NCBI GenBank assembly: GCA_038231275.1
Contig: JBBRLQ010000012.1
Location: 64,001-128,000 of the forward strand
DNA length: 64,000 nucleotides
Source: Polyangiales bacterium
GTDB lineage: Bacteria > Myxococcota_A > Polyangia > Polyangiales > Polyangiaceae
Reading direction: 5' to 3'
Part shown: in pieces, positions 1 through 9,275 of the stretch
How positions within the stretch are numbered: position 1 is the first letter of the stretch
How the letters are laid out: each line of letters opens with the position of its first letter
The notes under the pieces: model-generated
Databases searched by the model: none
What the model saw: only the letters and a program-made list of their open reading frames with translations
What the model was told of the DNA's origin: nothing
Made by a program: the position numbers and the translations under genes

Positions 1-1
1 G

Positions 2-436
2 AGTAGCAGCGGCTCCAGCGGCGCTCTCGACGGGGGCAAGGCGTGCCCCGCCGACGCCGGCGGCAACTCGTGCTTCTGCGGCGATCTCGTTTGCAAGGAT
101 GGCCAGTGGACGTGCGGGCCGTGCTCCACCGACGGAGGCGCAGGGACGTGCAGCCCAGCGTGCGAGAGCGGCAAGGTGTGCGTGAAGGATCAGGTCGTCG
201 GCGGCGCGATCGTCTTCCCTGACGACGCCGGCACTTGCCCCGCCGGGCGTCACTTCGTCGCCGACCACTGCGAGCAAGATCCGACCTACGCGTGCGCCGC
301 GTACCCGTCGGGGTGCACCGGGCTCGCGCTCACTTGCACGTGCGCAGCGAGCATCTGTACGTCGCAGAGCAGCTGCTCGTTCACCTGCGAGAGCACCTCG
401 CCCGGGCAGGTGAACTGTCTCTGCCAGACGCCGTAA
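2..436 (+). CDS. Cys-rich secreted/lipoprotein-type protein, 5'-truncated by the window edge
   Basis: Frame is open from base 2 (SSSGSSGALDGGKACPADAGGNSCFCG...) into the 176..436 ORF; many Cys and DGG/DAG linkers; TAA at 434-436. Confidence 0.75.
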   Translation, partial: SSSGSSGALDGGKACPADAGGNSCFCGDLVCKDGQWTCGPCSTDGGAGTCSPACESGKVCVKDQVVGGAIVFPDDAGTCPAGRHFVADHCEQDPTYACAAYPSGCTGLALTCTCAASICTSQSSCSFTCESTSPGQVNCLCQTP

Positions 437-472
437 ACCACGGGGCCTGAGCATGCCCCGTGATTTACTTCT

Positions 473-561
473 CGTCTGGTGGGGCTTCGCCCCTCCGCCG
501 CTTCGCGTCGGAACCACCCCGGAATGCCTTCGGCAACCGTGCTGCGCACGGCGGAGAGACG
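473..561. repeat. REP-like multi-hairpin palindromic element between convergent genes
   Basis: Hairpins GGGGC-TTC-GCCCC (481-493), TCCG..CGC-TTC-GCG..CGGA (494-512), TGCC-TTC-GGCA (525-535), CCGTGC-TGC-GCACGG (537-551), closed by CGTCT/AGACG. Confidence 0.55.
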
Positions 562-586
562 GTCGCGTCTGCGACGAGGGGGCTCG

Positions 587-2317
587 TCAGTCCGGGCGCG
601 TGCGAACGAGGCCGCGGCGGCTCGCGACCCAGAGATCGCGCCCGGCCGGCAGGACCGCCGTCACGTCCTTGCCGCTCGACGCGCGCGCGAGCGTTCGCCA
701 CGCGCCGCCGGCGAGCGGTCGCTCCAGGAGCCCGTCCATCGTCGCCGCGTACAGCTTGCCGTTCATGATCGCGAGGCCCGCGGGGTTCACGTAGCCGCCG
801 GCGAGGTGCTCGCCGGGCTCGAGCTTGCCGTGCTCGAGCGTGAGGCGTGTGACGCCGGAGTTGTAGGTGCCGACGAAGACGTTCGCGCCGTCGACGACGA
901 GCGACGTGATCCAGTCGTCCTTGAGGTGGCCGGTGATGATGGCGACGCGCTGCCAGCTTCCGCCGGGTTTTCCGGCGTAGAGGCCCGCGCTCGTGCCGAG
1001 GAGCAGCACGCCGTCCGGTCCTTCGGCGACCGCCCACACCGCGCGGACGGGGAGCCCTTGCTTCTCGTCCATGCGCGTGACCCCGCCGTTCTTCACGATC
1101 GCAGCGCCCTTCTCGGTGCCGACGAGGACGCCGCCGCCGGCGAGCGCGACCACCGCGTGAACCGCGCTCGAGGGGAGCACGCCGCCGCCGCCGTACGTGC
1201 GCGCGGTCTCTCCCTCGATCATCGTGAGGCCGCGGGCGGTCGCGACCCAGGCGCGGTGCCCTTCGATCGCGAGCCCATTCACGCGGCCGTCGACCTGCGG
1301 CACGTGCCGCCACTTGCCGCCTTCGAGGACGGCGACGCCACGCTCGTACGTGCCGACCCAGAGCGCGTCGCCGTCGCGGGCAACGGCGGTGAGATCGTTC
1401 TCCGGCAGACCGCCGGCCCCGAGGCGCGCGCCGCCCATGTACGCGCCGGAGCGGGTGCCCACGCATTTTCCGCTCGGATCGAGCGCCTGCACGAACTTCA
1501 CGCTGGCGTTGGCGGCCGGCGCATCGCCCTTCGCCGCGGCGCGGACGACACCTTTTCCAAACGTGCCGACGAGCATCGCGCCGTCCACGCTCGCGAGCGC
1601 GCGCGTGTCCGTGTCCCCTTCGAGGCGCGCCGGCGCGTTCTGCGCGATCGACACGACGCCCTCGAGCGCGCCGATCCACAGCCGCCCGTCGTGCGGCGCT
1701 AGCGCCCAGATCGTGCTCGGCGCGCGGCCGCCGCCCCACGCCTGCATCCCCGCCTTCCCGCCCTCGAGGCGAATGAGACCGCCGCCCGCCGTACCGCCGA
1801 CGAGCGCGCCGTCGTACGTGGCGAGCGACGTCACGCGCGAGCGCGCGTCGTACGTCGTCGCGTCGGACGGAAGCTTCACGAGGGCCGAGTCCGTCCAGCG
1901 GAGCACGCCGCCGCCCCACGTGCCGAGGTAGACCGCGCCGTCGTGCCGATGGATTGCGCGCACCGGCGACGACGGATACGCGACGTTGACGTTCACGTGG
2001 TCGCGATCGTAGAGCCGCGCCTTCGCGAGCCCCTTCTCGGTGCCGATCCACACGGTCTCCCCATCGAGGAGCAGCGAATGCACCCGCGTATCGGGGAGAC
2101 TGTCGAGCGCCGTGAGGACCCGTACGAGCTTGCCGTCGGCGCCGTACACCGCCAGCCCGCCGGCGGTCCCCGCGAGGACCACGCCATCCCTCGTCACCGC
2201 GCACGCGCGCACGTCGTCGATCGCGGTGTGGATCTCGAGCGGCGACTCGGCGCGCGCCGACCCTGATCCCAGCGCCGCCGCCGCAGCCACGGCGAGGGCA
2301 AGGACGGCGCGGCGCAT
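587..2317 (-). CDS. Secreted beta-propeller protein (two-component-regulator-propeller-like repeats)
   Basis: Signal peptide MRRAVLALAVAAAAALGSGSARA; repeated blades (DGETVWIGTEKGL, DGRLWIGALEGV, DALWVGTYERGV, DLWVASRRGL); TGATG overlap with upstream stop. Confidence 0.8.
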   Translation of the reverse strand: MRRAVLALAVAAAAALGSGSARAESPLEIHTAIDDVRACAVTRDGVVLAGTAGGLAVYGADGKLVRVLTALDSLPDTRVHSLLLDGETVWIGTEKGLAKARLYDRDHVNVNVAYPSSPVRAIHRHDGAVYLGTWGGGVLRWTDSALVKLPSDATTYDARSRVTSLATYDGALVGGTAGGGLIRLEGGKAGMQAWGGGRAPSTIWALAPHDGRLWIGALEGVVSIAQNAPARLEGDTDTRALASVDGAMLVGTFGKGVVRAAAKGDAPAANASVKFVQALDPSGKCVGTRSGAYMGGARLGAGGLPENDLTAVARDGDALWVGTYERGVAVLEGGKWRHVPQVDGRVNGLAIEGHRAWVATARGLTMIEGETARTYGGGGVLPSSAVHAVVALAGGGVLVGTEKGAAIVKNGGVTRMDEKQGLPVRAVWAVAEGPDGVLLLGTSAGLYAGKPGGSWQRVAIITGHLKDDWITSLVVDGANVFVGTYNSGVTRLTLEHGKLEPGEHLAGGYVNPAGLAIMNGKLYAATMDGLLERPLAGGAWRTLARASSGKDVTAVLPAGRDLWVASRRGLVRTRPD

Positions 2318-5109
2318 CACTTCCCCGCCGGCGCGACGGTGAGCGTGACGTCCGACTCGCCCTGGTTCATCGCCCGGTCGACCGCGACGACGTGCAGCAC
2401 CGCCGGCCCCGTGAGCGGCGCCTCAGGCTTCCAGAGGCCTCGGAACTCGCCGAGACGAATCGCCGTGAGCGGCATCGTCGTCCCATCGGGCAGGCGCACT
2501 TCGACGCGGTAGGCGTCGGTCAGGATCGTCGCGTACCGCTTCCGCAGATCCGCGACGTCGCCTTGCGTGCCGGGATTCGCCGCTTGAATCTCCGTCATCG
2601 TGATGATCTGCGACGCGCGGATCTCATACGTTCCCGGCTTCCCCGGCACGGCGTGCAGCGACACGTTCACGCTGGGCTTCTTCGTGTCGACGACGTACGG
2701 CAGCTCGAGCACCTCGAGCGCGCCGTCCTTGTGCGTGATGCGCACCTTCACCTTGTAGGTTCCGTCGGGCGTGTCCTTGTCGATGAGGAAGCGCACCGTC
2801 CACGCGTTGATCGAGCCCGCTTCGTAGGAGGCGACCTTCGACTCGCCGAACGGGAACACGACGACGACGCTCTGCGCGTCGGGCGGCGCGGGGATGTGGA
2901 TCTCCGGATCACCGGGTTGGAGGTGATCGGGTTCGAGGCGCGCGTTGCGACCGGACACGTTCTCGAGGTCGCCGCCGGTGACGCGCGCCTGGGCGGCCTC
3001 GGCCTCGCGCTTCGCGTTCTTACGGGCGATGTCGTACTTGGCATACGCCTCCTCGCTCTCGAGGACGAGGAACGACGTGTACTGACTCATGATCCCGAAC
3101 GCGAGCGACGCCTTCACGACGTCGTCCTTCTTCTCGGCGCCGTCCTGCTCGAGGTGCAGGATCTCGCTCCGCGCCCACCGCTGCGCGACGTGCGTGGCGT
3201 TCTCGGCCTTGGCGAGCGCGATCGGCTGTGAGATCTCCTTGCCGTCCACGGTCCCCTTCAACGTGATCTGCGCGGGAGCCTCCGTCCCTTTCGGCGTCTT
3301 GACGAGCGCGACGATCTCGTCGCCCTCCACGATCGTCTCCTCGGCGGTCGGAAAGACGACGTCGGCGTCGCGCGCGACGACGTGCGCGGCGGTGATCCGG
3401 CGCATGAGCGGACGTTGGCCGAGGCGCAATGCAAAGCGCTTCGCGTCGAGCGCGGTGCGGGGACGATCGAGCTGCCCACCCGTCGCGGCGACGAGATCGT
3501 GGACCCCGTCGAGATCGCCGGCCTTGCCGAGGACCATGGCATGGATCGACGCGCCGCCGAGGCTCTCCTTGGCAATTTTCGCGAGCGCCTCGGGGTTCGT
3601 CTCGCCCCACGTCGGGCTGCCGTCGCCGATGTAGAGGACCTCGACCTCCTTGCCGTCCTTGTCGCGCGAGACCTTGGCGAGGCGTCCGGCTTGTCGGAGC
3701 GCGGCGCCCACGTCGCTCGCGCCATCGGGCTCCAGGCGCTTCACGAACGCCACGGTCTTCTCGATCGCTTCGGGCGTCGGGGCGACGAGCTCGCCGGACT
3801 CCGGGCGCGCGACGACGTCGCTCGTCATCGCGACGTACCGATCCTCGGGGCCCATCTCGGCGAGCACCATCTTGAGGGCGTCGAGCTCCAGATCTCGCTC
3901 TTCGAGGGCGCTCCTGGAGGTGTCGACGACGACGACGAAGCGACGCGGCGGACGCGGGCCTTTCGGCTCGGGGACCTTCGACCAGTCGGGCGTCACGCGC
4001 ACTGCGGTGTAGGTTCCGTCGTCGCGCTTCTCGCGTACGACCGTCGGGACCCTGCCTCCCGTGAGCGGCACCACGACGTCGTGCGCCGCCGCCAAGTCCG
4101 CCTTCTCCACGACGGTCTTGCCCTCGAACTCCAGCTTGAACGCCGCCTTCTGCGACGCCGGATCGACGCTGCTCGTGGGGTACACGTACTGCCAACCGTC
4201 GAGCGTGCGCGAGAGCGGCGACACGAAGCGGAGCACCACGCGCTTCTTCTTCTTCGCCTCGATCGGGAAGACGCGCAGCTTGAAGACGTTGCCGTGCTCC
4301 CACTCGAGGAGCGCCGGGTCCATCATCTGATCGACGATCTCCTGGTAGATCTTCTGCGCCTTGTCGCGCTCGACGAGCTCGCCCTCCATGAGGTGCTCGC
4401 CAATCTCCATCGCGAGCCCGGTCAGCATCGCGCCCTCCGGCATCGGGAAGCGAAAGGTCCCCTCGAGCTGCTGATCGCTGTCGTTGCCGAACACGTGCTC
4501 GACCTCGGTCTCGGCGTAGTCGCCGGTCTGCTTCACCTTCACGGTCACGCGGTCGAGCGACACCGGCGCGATCTGGCCGGCGGGGCCGCGCGCTTCCATC
4601 TGGCCGATCCCGGCGGCCTCGCGCCCGGTCTCGAGGCGAAGGCTGAAATCGGCCTCCGCGACGTTTTTGCGCGTGTCGAGCTGCTCGGTCTTGCCGGAGC
4701 GCGGGAAGAAGAGGACGTCGCGCGCGCCGTGACGGAGCCGCGCTTCGCCTTGCGCCACGAGCACGCGGACCTCACCGGCGTCGTCCTGGCCGAGATCGAT
4801 CGACGTGTCGTCCTTGAGCCACAAGCGCCCCCGTCCGTCGCCGAGATCGAGCACCGCGCCGCCGCCCTTGGCGCGAAGCGCGACGACGTTGGCGACCCGC
4901 CGACCCTTCTCGAGCGCCGTCCACGACGCGTTGTCCTGGACGCGCGCCTCGACGACGCCATCGCTCGACACGAGCGCCACCGCGGCGTTCAGCGGCGCGC
5001 TCGGAGCCTTTGCGACGCCCTCGCCTCCTACGCCGGTCTTCGCGCGCGTGCCGCAGCCCGCTGCGGCGAGCACCATCCCCATCACGATGCACTTTGCGAG
5101 CGTTCTCAT
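2317..5109 (-). CDS. Lipoprotein with FecR-like N-region, VIT domain, vWA (MIDAS) domain and C-terminal Ig-like domain
   Basis: Lipobox LAAAGC after MRTLAK; VIT motif (TEVEHVFGN..LEGTFRFPMPEGA..DPALLEW..FKLRVFPI); MIDAS DTSRS and YIGDG; ATGA overlap with upstream gene. Confidence 0.85.
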   Translation of the reverse strand: MRTLAKCIVMGMVLAAAGCGTRAKTGVGGEGVAKAPSAPLNAAVALVSSDGVVEARVQDNASWTALEKGRRVANVVALRAKGGGAVLDLGDGRGRLWLKDDTSIDLGQDDAGEVRVLVAQGEARLRHGARDVLFFPRSGKTEQLDTRKNVAEADFSLRLETGREAAGIGQMEARGPAGQIAPVSLDRVTVKVKQTGDYAETEVEHVFGNDSDQQLEGTFRFPMPEGAMLTGLAMEIGEHLMEGELVERDKAQKIYQEIVDQMMDPALLEWEHGNVFKLRVFPIEAKKKKRVVLRFVSPLSRTLDGWQYVYPTSSVDPASQKAAFKLEFEGKTVVEKADLAAAHDVVVPLTGGRVPTVVREKRDDGTYTAVRVTPDWSKVPEPKGPRPPRRFVVVVDTSRSALEERDLELDALKMVLAEMGPEDRYVAMTSDVVARPESGELVAPTPEAIEKTVAFVKRLEPDGASDVGAALRQAGRLAKVSRDKDGKEVEVLYIGDGSPTWGETNPEALAKIAKESLGGASIHAMVLGKAGDLDGVHDLVAATGGQLDRPRTALDAKRFALRLGQRPLMRRITAAHVVARDADVVFPTAEETIVEGDEIVALVKTPKGTEAPAQITLKGTVDGKEISQPIALAKAENATHVAQRWARSEILHLEQDGAEKKDDVVKASLAFGIMSQYTSFLVLESEEAYAKYDIARKNAKREAEAAQARVTGGDLENVSGRNARLEPDHLQPGDPEIHIPAPPDAQSVVVVFPFGESKVASYEAGSINAWTVRFLIDKDTPDGTYKVKVRITHKDGALEVLELPYVVDTKKPSVNVSLHAVPGKPGTYEIRASQIITMTEIQAANPGTQGDVADLRKRYATILTDAYRVEVRLPDGTTMPLTAIRLGEFRGLWKPEAPLTGPAVLHVVAVDRAMNQGESDVTLTVAPAGK

Positions 5110-6233
5110 GGCTTGACCTCGATGCGCGCGACCGTCACGGTCTGCTTGTCTTGGAAGAGGCGGTAGGGCACGACGTGCCGCACTTCGTCGGCGGTCCCTT
5201 CGTGCAGGATGACGACGACCTCGCCGCGCGCTTCGTTGAAGGCGCTGCGGCGGCTCGAGAAGTAATTGACCTTGACGGTGTAGACGCCGCGCACGGCGTC
5301 CTTCGCGGTGTAGCTCTCGGGGCCGTAGCCGGTAGTGACGTCGTCGAAGAGCGCGTCGCCGCTCGCTCCCTGGCGGTGCGAGTAGAAAATCTTCTCGCCC
5401 GACGGGTTCTCGACCCACAGGTCGACGTCGGTGCGATCGGTGTCCCACGTGAGGTAGACCTTGATGTCGTTGACCGCGCCGCCGTGGATGCCGAGCAGGT
5501 CGATCTTCTTGCCGAGGGCGGTCGCCTCCGTCGCGTCGCTGCGCGTGAGGGCTTCGCGGCGCTTCTGCGAGTACGCCTGCGCGAGGCGCTGCTTCGCGGG
5601 GTAGCGCACGGCCTCGGGCGTCGCCTTGTTCTCGACGATCTCCTCGAAGCGCTTGAGCGACTCGTCGGCGTGGCCGAGGCGCTGCGCAACGTCGGCGAGC
5701 TCGAAGGCCATGCGGACGTCGTCCGATTTGATCGTCGTCGCGGCGAGGAGACGATCGTAGGCGCCTTGGAGATCCCCCGATTGCTTCAGGACCGTCGCGA
5801 GCGCGCGCTGCGACTCGAGGTCTTTCGGCAACAGCTCCACGATGGCCGAGTAGGTGCGGCGCGCCTGCTCTTTTTCGCCGAGCTCGGAATAGATGTCCCC
5901 GAGAAGGCGTACGACGACGAGGTTGTACGCGTCCTTCTCGCGCCACGCCTTCGCCTCGGTCAGCGCGCCCTGCAAATCGCCCATTTGCATGAGCGCGTGC
6001 ACCAGCTCGAAGCGCTTGATGCGGTCTTTCGGCGCGTCCTCGACGCCCTTGCGAAGCTCCACGATCTTCGCGGGCGTCGGCTTTTCACGCCCTTCGCGCG
6101 GCTCGTGATCGAGCGCCGTGAACTCCATCGCCCGAACGGGCGCGGCGAGCGCGTGGCCCGGCGAGAACAGCGCGGCGCCTAGGATCGCGACGCCGGAAAC
6201 GGTGCTTGCGAGATGCGATTTGCCCCACGCCAT
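5106..6233 (-). CDS. Secreted TPR-repeat protein with C-terminal DUF2135/YfaP-like domain
   Basis: Signal peptide; helical TPR-like repeats; DIKVYLTWDTDRTDVDLWVENPSGE..DDVTTGYGPESY motif; GGAGG RBS. Confidence 0.85.
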   Translation of the reverse strand: MAWGKSHLASTVSGVAILGAALFSPGHALAAPVRAMEFTALDHEPREGREKPTPAKIVELRKGVEDAPKDRIKRFELVHALMQMGDLQGALTEAKAWREKDAYNLVVVRLLGDIYSELGEKEQARRTYSAIVELLPKDLESQRALATVLKQSGDLQGAYDRLLAATTIKSDDVRMAFELADVAQRLGHADESLKRFEEIVENKATPEAVRYPAKQRLAQAYSQKRREALTRSDATEATALGKKIDLLGIHGGAVNDIKVYLTWDTDRTDVDLWVENPSGEKIFYSHRQGASGDALFDDVTTGYGPESYTAKDAVRGVYTVKVNYFSSRRSAFNEARGEVVVILHEGTADEVRHVVPYRLFQDKQTVTVARIEVKP

Positions 6234-6259
6234 GTGACGGCCTCCCGGCACGTGGTCAT

Positions 6260-6275
6260 CGCAAGGGCCCTGCCA
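6260..6275 (-). promoter_or_regulatory. Sigma-54 (-24/-12) promoter of the TPR-DUF2135/VIT/propeller operon
   Basis: TGGCAGGGCCCTTGCG on the minus strand (GG-N10-GC); upstream palindrome CGTGTC-N6-GACACG at 6317-6334. Confidence 0.7.
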
Positions 6276-6513
6276 AGTGTGACCGTGGGCAAACGGCCGC
6301 GCCGCGCGGCGAGGGGCGTGTCCGGCGCGACACGGAGCGTGGGAGCGGCGACGCGCCGGCGCAGGTAGACCGAGCAGAGCCCGAGGTTAGCCGTCGGCCA
6401 GTCGGACTTGGACTCGCGCAGTGCGCAGCCGCATGCTGCGAGACGCTCCCGCTACACGGTGGTGCGGCCGTCTCCCGACGGCGAGACGGACCTCGGCATG
6501 TGACGTCGACGTT

Positions 6514-6936
6514 TCAGTCGCCGCCGCCGTCTTCGCCGCCACCGCCGTCGCTGCCGCCGTCACCGCCACCACCGCCACCACCACCGTCACCGCCACCACC
6601 GCCGTCGCTGCCGTAACCCTGCGCCTGTCCGCTGCCGGCGTCCGTCTGCCCGTCGCCGCCACCAGAACTGCCGATGTCGTCGATGCCGGCGTCCTTCGCG
6701 AGGGAGCTGTCGCTCTGATCGGGCAGAGGCTGGTCCGAACCCGTGTCGTGGGGCGCGATCGATTCCTCGTACGACTCCCCGCGACGATCTTCAACATCGT
6801 CCGAGCGCCGCCAATCCTCGAACCTGGGGGGACCCGGCGGAGATGACGGCCCCGGCGTCAACTCGGGGGGGAGCGTAAGACCTCCTCCGTGCACCTGATC
6901 CAAGTCCTCGACCTCGAGCTCTCGATATTTTCTCAT
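6514..6936 (-). CDS. Small protein with double-glycine-type leader and Pro/Asp/Gly-rich body
   Basis: MRKYRELEVEDLDQVHGG matches the ELxxxxLxxVxGG leader pattern; acidic low-complexity body ending in DGGGG repeats; has its own sigma-54 promoter. Confidence 0.75.
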   Translation of the reverse strand: MRKYRELEVEDLDQVHGGGLTLPPELTPGPSSPPGPPRFEDWRRSDDVEDRRGESYEESIAPHDTGSDQPLPDQSDSSLAKDAGIDDIGSSGGGDGQTDAGSGQAQGYGSDGGGGGDGGGGGGGGDGGSDGGGGEDGGGD

Positions 6937-6949
6937 GACAACGCTGTTG

Positions 6950-6965
6950 AGCAGGGGTCATGCCA
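6950..6965 (-). promoter_or_regulatory. Sigma-54 promoter of the double-Gly peptide gene
   Basis: TGGCATGACCCCTGCT (GG-N10-GC) ending 13 nt before ATG 6936. Confidence 0.7.
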
Positions 6966-7204
6966 GAACGCGACCGGCGCCCGAGCGTGAAGTGGCGCTG
7001 CGCGTTTTCCGCTGACGCCGTGGGCGATCGCGGCACGTCGCACGTTTGCGGAGATCCACCTTGGCGCGTTCCAAGGTCGCGCTGCAGACTTTCGTCCGCA
7101 CGAGCGTGCACACAAGACTGCTGCGAGCTCGCTGCGCGTGAACCCGCCGGCGCGCGTTTACGTGTGGAGGTTTGGTTCCGTCCCCGACGAGACCTCGCCT
7201 AGAC

Positions 7205-8107
7205 CTAGAGCTTCTTCAGCATGGCCTTCGCGAGCGCGATCAGCTGGTCGGGCGTCGCGGCCGCCGTGATCTCGAACTGTACGCACCCGTTGAGCACGAC
7301 GAGCAGATTGATGCCGTTGGTTCCGACCGCACCCTGGAACGCGGCGTCGCCCAGGTTCGGGACGGTCGTGGTCGTGATCCCCAACGTGCTCTCCACCTGG
7401 GCGCGCCCCGCGGTGTAGTCGGACATTCCGTAGGGGACCCAGTAGTTGATGCCGACGCCGGGACTGTCGCCGTAACGACACTGCGTCAGCTGCACCGAGC
7501 CGCTGATCACCTTCGTCGTGGCGCTGCCGACGGTCGTGCCGAGCGCATCGTTGACGTCCTTCGAGCTCGCGAGCTCACAGGTCGGGGTCGCGCCGCACCC
7601 GCTCTGCCCGTCGCCACCCGCCCGCGCGTCGGTGCTCCCTTCCGTGCCCCCGTCGAACGGGGTGCACTTGCAGCTGTCGGGCGTCGGCGCCGTGATGTCG
7701 CATGGGCTGCCCGCGACGCACTTCTGCATCGGGGTCACCAGGTCGGCACACGCCTTCATGCACGTGCCGCACTGCGCGCTGTTCTGGCACATTTGCGCCG
7801 GGGAGTAGAGCGCGACGCCGGCCGGGTGCTTGTTGCCGCAGGAGACCTTGAGGCAGTCGTCGTCGCAGAGCGGATCGTCGGCGTTGGCCCCGACGCATGG
7901 GGACGTGGCCTCGACGCAGTCGACGATCGCCTTGCAGTCCGCGTTCGCCTTGCACGCCGCGTTCTGCGCGGCGCATTGCTTGTCGACGCACTGAGTGCAC
8001 GCGCTCGGAAGGGGCGCGCTCGGAGTGCTTGAGGTGCACGCGGCGATCATGGCCAGTGTGGCGACGAGGGCAACGCCTGCTGCGCGAAAAAAAGGTACGG
8101 GTGACAT
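7205..8107 (-). CDS. Cys-rich lipoprotein with C-terminal DUF3558-like domain
   Basis: Lipobox MIAAC; Cys-rich N-half; C-half TCELASSKDVNDALG..VPNLGDAAF. Confidence 0.7.
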   Translation of the reverse strand: MSPVPFFRAAGVALVATLAMIAACTSSTPSAPLPSACTQCVDKQCAAQNAACKANADCKAIVDCVEATSPCVGANADDPLCDDDCLKVSCGNKHPAGVALYSPAQMCQNSAQCGTCMKACADLVTPMQKCVAGSPCDITAPTPDSCKCTPFDGGTEGSTDARAGGDGQSGCGATPTCELASSKDVNDALGTTVGSATTKVISGSVQLTQCRYGDSPGVGINYWVPYGMSDYTAGRAQVESTLGITTTTVPNLGDAAFQGAVGTNGINLLVVLNGCVQFEITAAATPDQLIALAKAMLKKL

Positions 8108-8144
8108 TCCAAGCGATCGTAATCGCTCGTGCGCGCCGGCACCA

Positions 8145-9275
8145 CTACCTCACGGGAACGCCGATGAGCCGGCGGAGGACGTCGGCACGACGAGAGAGCT
8201 CGTCCTCCCCAGGGCGATCCGGGTCGAAAAGGAAACGGGACACCTTGGCGCGGCCGCTGCGGAGCGGCGAGACGTGAAACGCCGCGTCGAGCACCGGATT
8301 CTCGCCGCCGTGGCACCCATCGCACGTGCTCGCGGCGAAGGCGCGGCGGAGCGGCTCGTCGACGCCAGGCAGGCGCCACGTTTCCCCGAGCGCGACGCGA
8401 TCGGCCAGCATCTCGAAGGGGACTTCGTGGCGATCCGCGAGAATTTCGTCGCGGTGCGAGAGGACGAACTTTGCGAGCTCCGGAGTGTCGCGACGATCGG
8501 CGGCGGGCGTGCGGCGAAGCTTGGCGGAGATGATGCGAGCGCGGCCGTCGACGGCCGTGGGATCGCGATGCGCCTCATGGAGCGTCGCCGTGGGTCCGCT
8601 CGACGCGTCGTCGACGCGCAGCTGCGCGAGCCCGCCGGCGCGGACGAAGCGCTCGGTGACGTCGGTGAGGGCGAGGACGAAGCCGGCGTCGAACGTCGCG
8701 TGCGCGCCGAGGGCGTGCCATCGCGCGGCCCAATCGACGGGATCGCCGTCGAGCCTGAACTCGGCGATCACGGTGATGGGGAGCGGGCTCGAGCCAGGAT
8801 CGTCCCCGGGCCCGTCGGTCGCGGCGAAGAGGAGGCGGCCTTCGGGCAGGTCGATGCGGTTGGAGACGGCGATCGTGCGAAACGGAGCTCGCGCGAGATC
8901 GAGGCGGCGCTCGCCGCACGCGCCGCAACCCTCGTCGCACGCGTTCTCCGCCCGCGCGCGGAGCCACGCGCACGTGAAGGCAGGGGCGGCCCAGGTCTCG
9001 AGCCAACCGAGCGTGACGTCGGACGCGTCGTCCTCGGAGGCCGCGAGGCGCTCCATCGTGTGCCGAAATCCGAGCGCGCTGCCGCCGGTGTTCGACGTCG
9101 CCGGGTCTCGCATGACCGCGTCGTCCACGACGAGCAGCTCCTTCCATGGATCGATGACGACCGCTGCTCCGCCCTCGTTTGTGTGGTCGGCGAGGATCGG
9201 ACCGCACGCCGTGAGTGCAGCGATCGCGATCATCGCGACGATGGCGGCGACGCGGATACCGATGTTCGTACCCAT
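8145..9275 (-). CDS. Lipoprotein with a C-terminal CxxCH (putative c-type heme) motif
   Basis: Start MGTNIGIRV with lipobox AALTAC; STCDGCHGGE at about 8310-8324; TGATG coupling to upstream gene. Confidence 0.75.
   Translation of the reverse strand: MGTNIGIRVAAIVAMIAIAALTACGPILADHTNEGGAAVVIDPWKELLVVDDAVMRDPATSNTGGSALGFRHTMERLAASEDDASDVTLGWLETWAAPAFTCAWLRARAENACDEGCGACGERRLDLARAPFRTIAVSNRIDLPEGRLLFAATDGPGDDPGSSPLPITVIAEFRLDGDPVDWAARWHALGAHATFDAGFVLALTDVTERFVRAGGLAQLRVDDASSGPTATLHEAHRDPTAVDGRARIISAKLRRTPAADRRDTPELAKFVLSHRDEILADRHEVPFEMLADRVALGETWRLPGVDEPLRRAFAASTCDGCHGGENPVLDAAFHVSPLRSGRAKVSRFLFDPDRPGEDELSRRADVLRRLIGVPVR

Noticed and set aside
473..561. tRNA gene
   Set aside because: Cloverleaf-like, but no TTCGA T-loop context, 7-nt anticodon loop or acceptor stem geometry
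5110..5946. N-terminal 279 aa of the 1209-aa ORF (2317..5946)
   Set aside because: Arg-rich off-frame read-through of the DUF2135 gene; the real start is ATG 5109, with a lipoprotein signal and ATGA coupling
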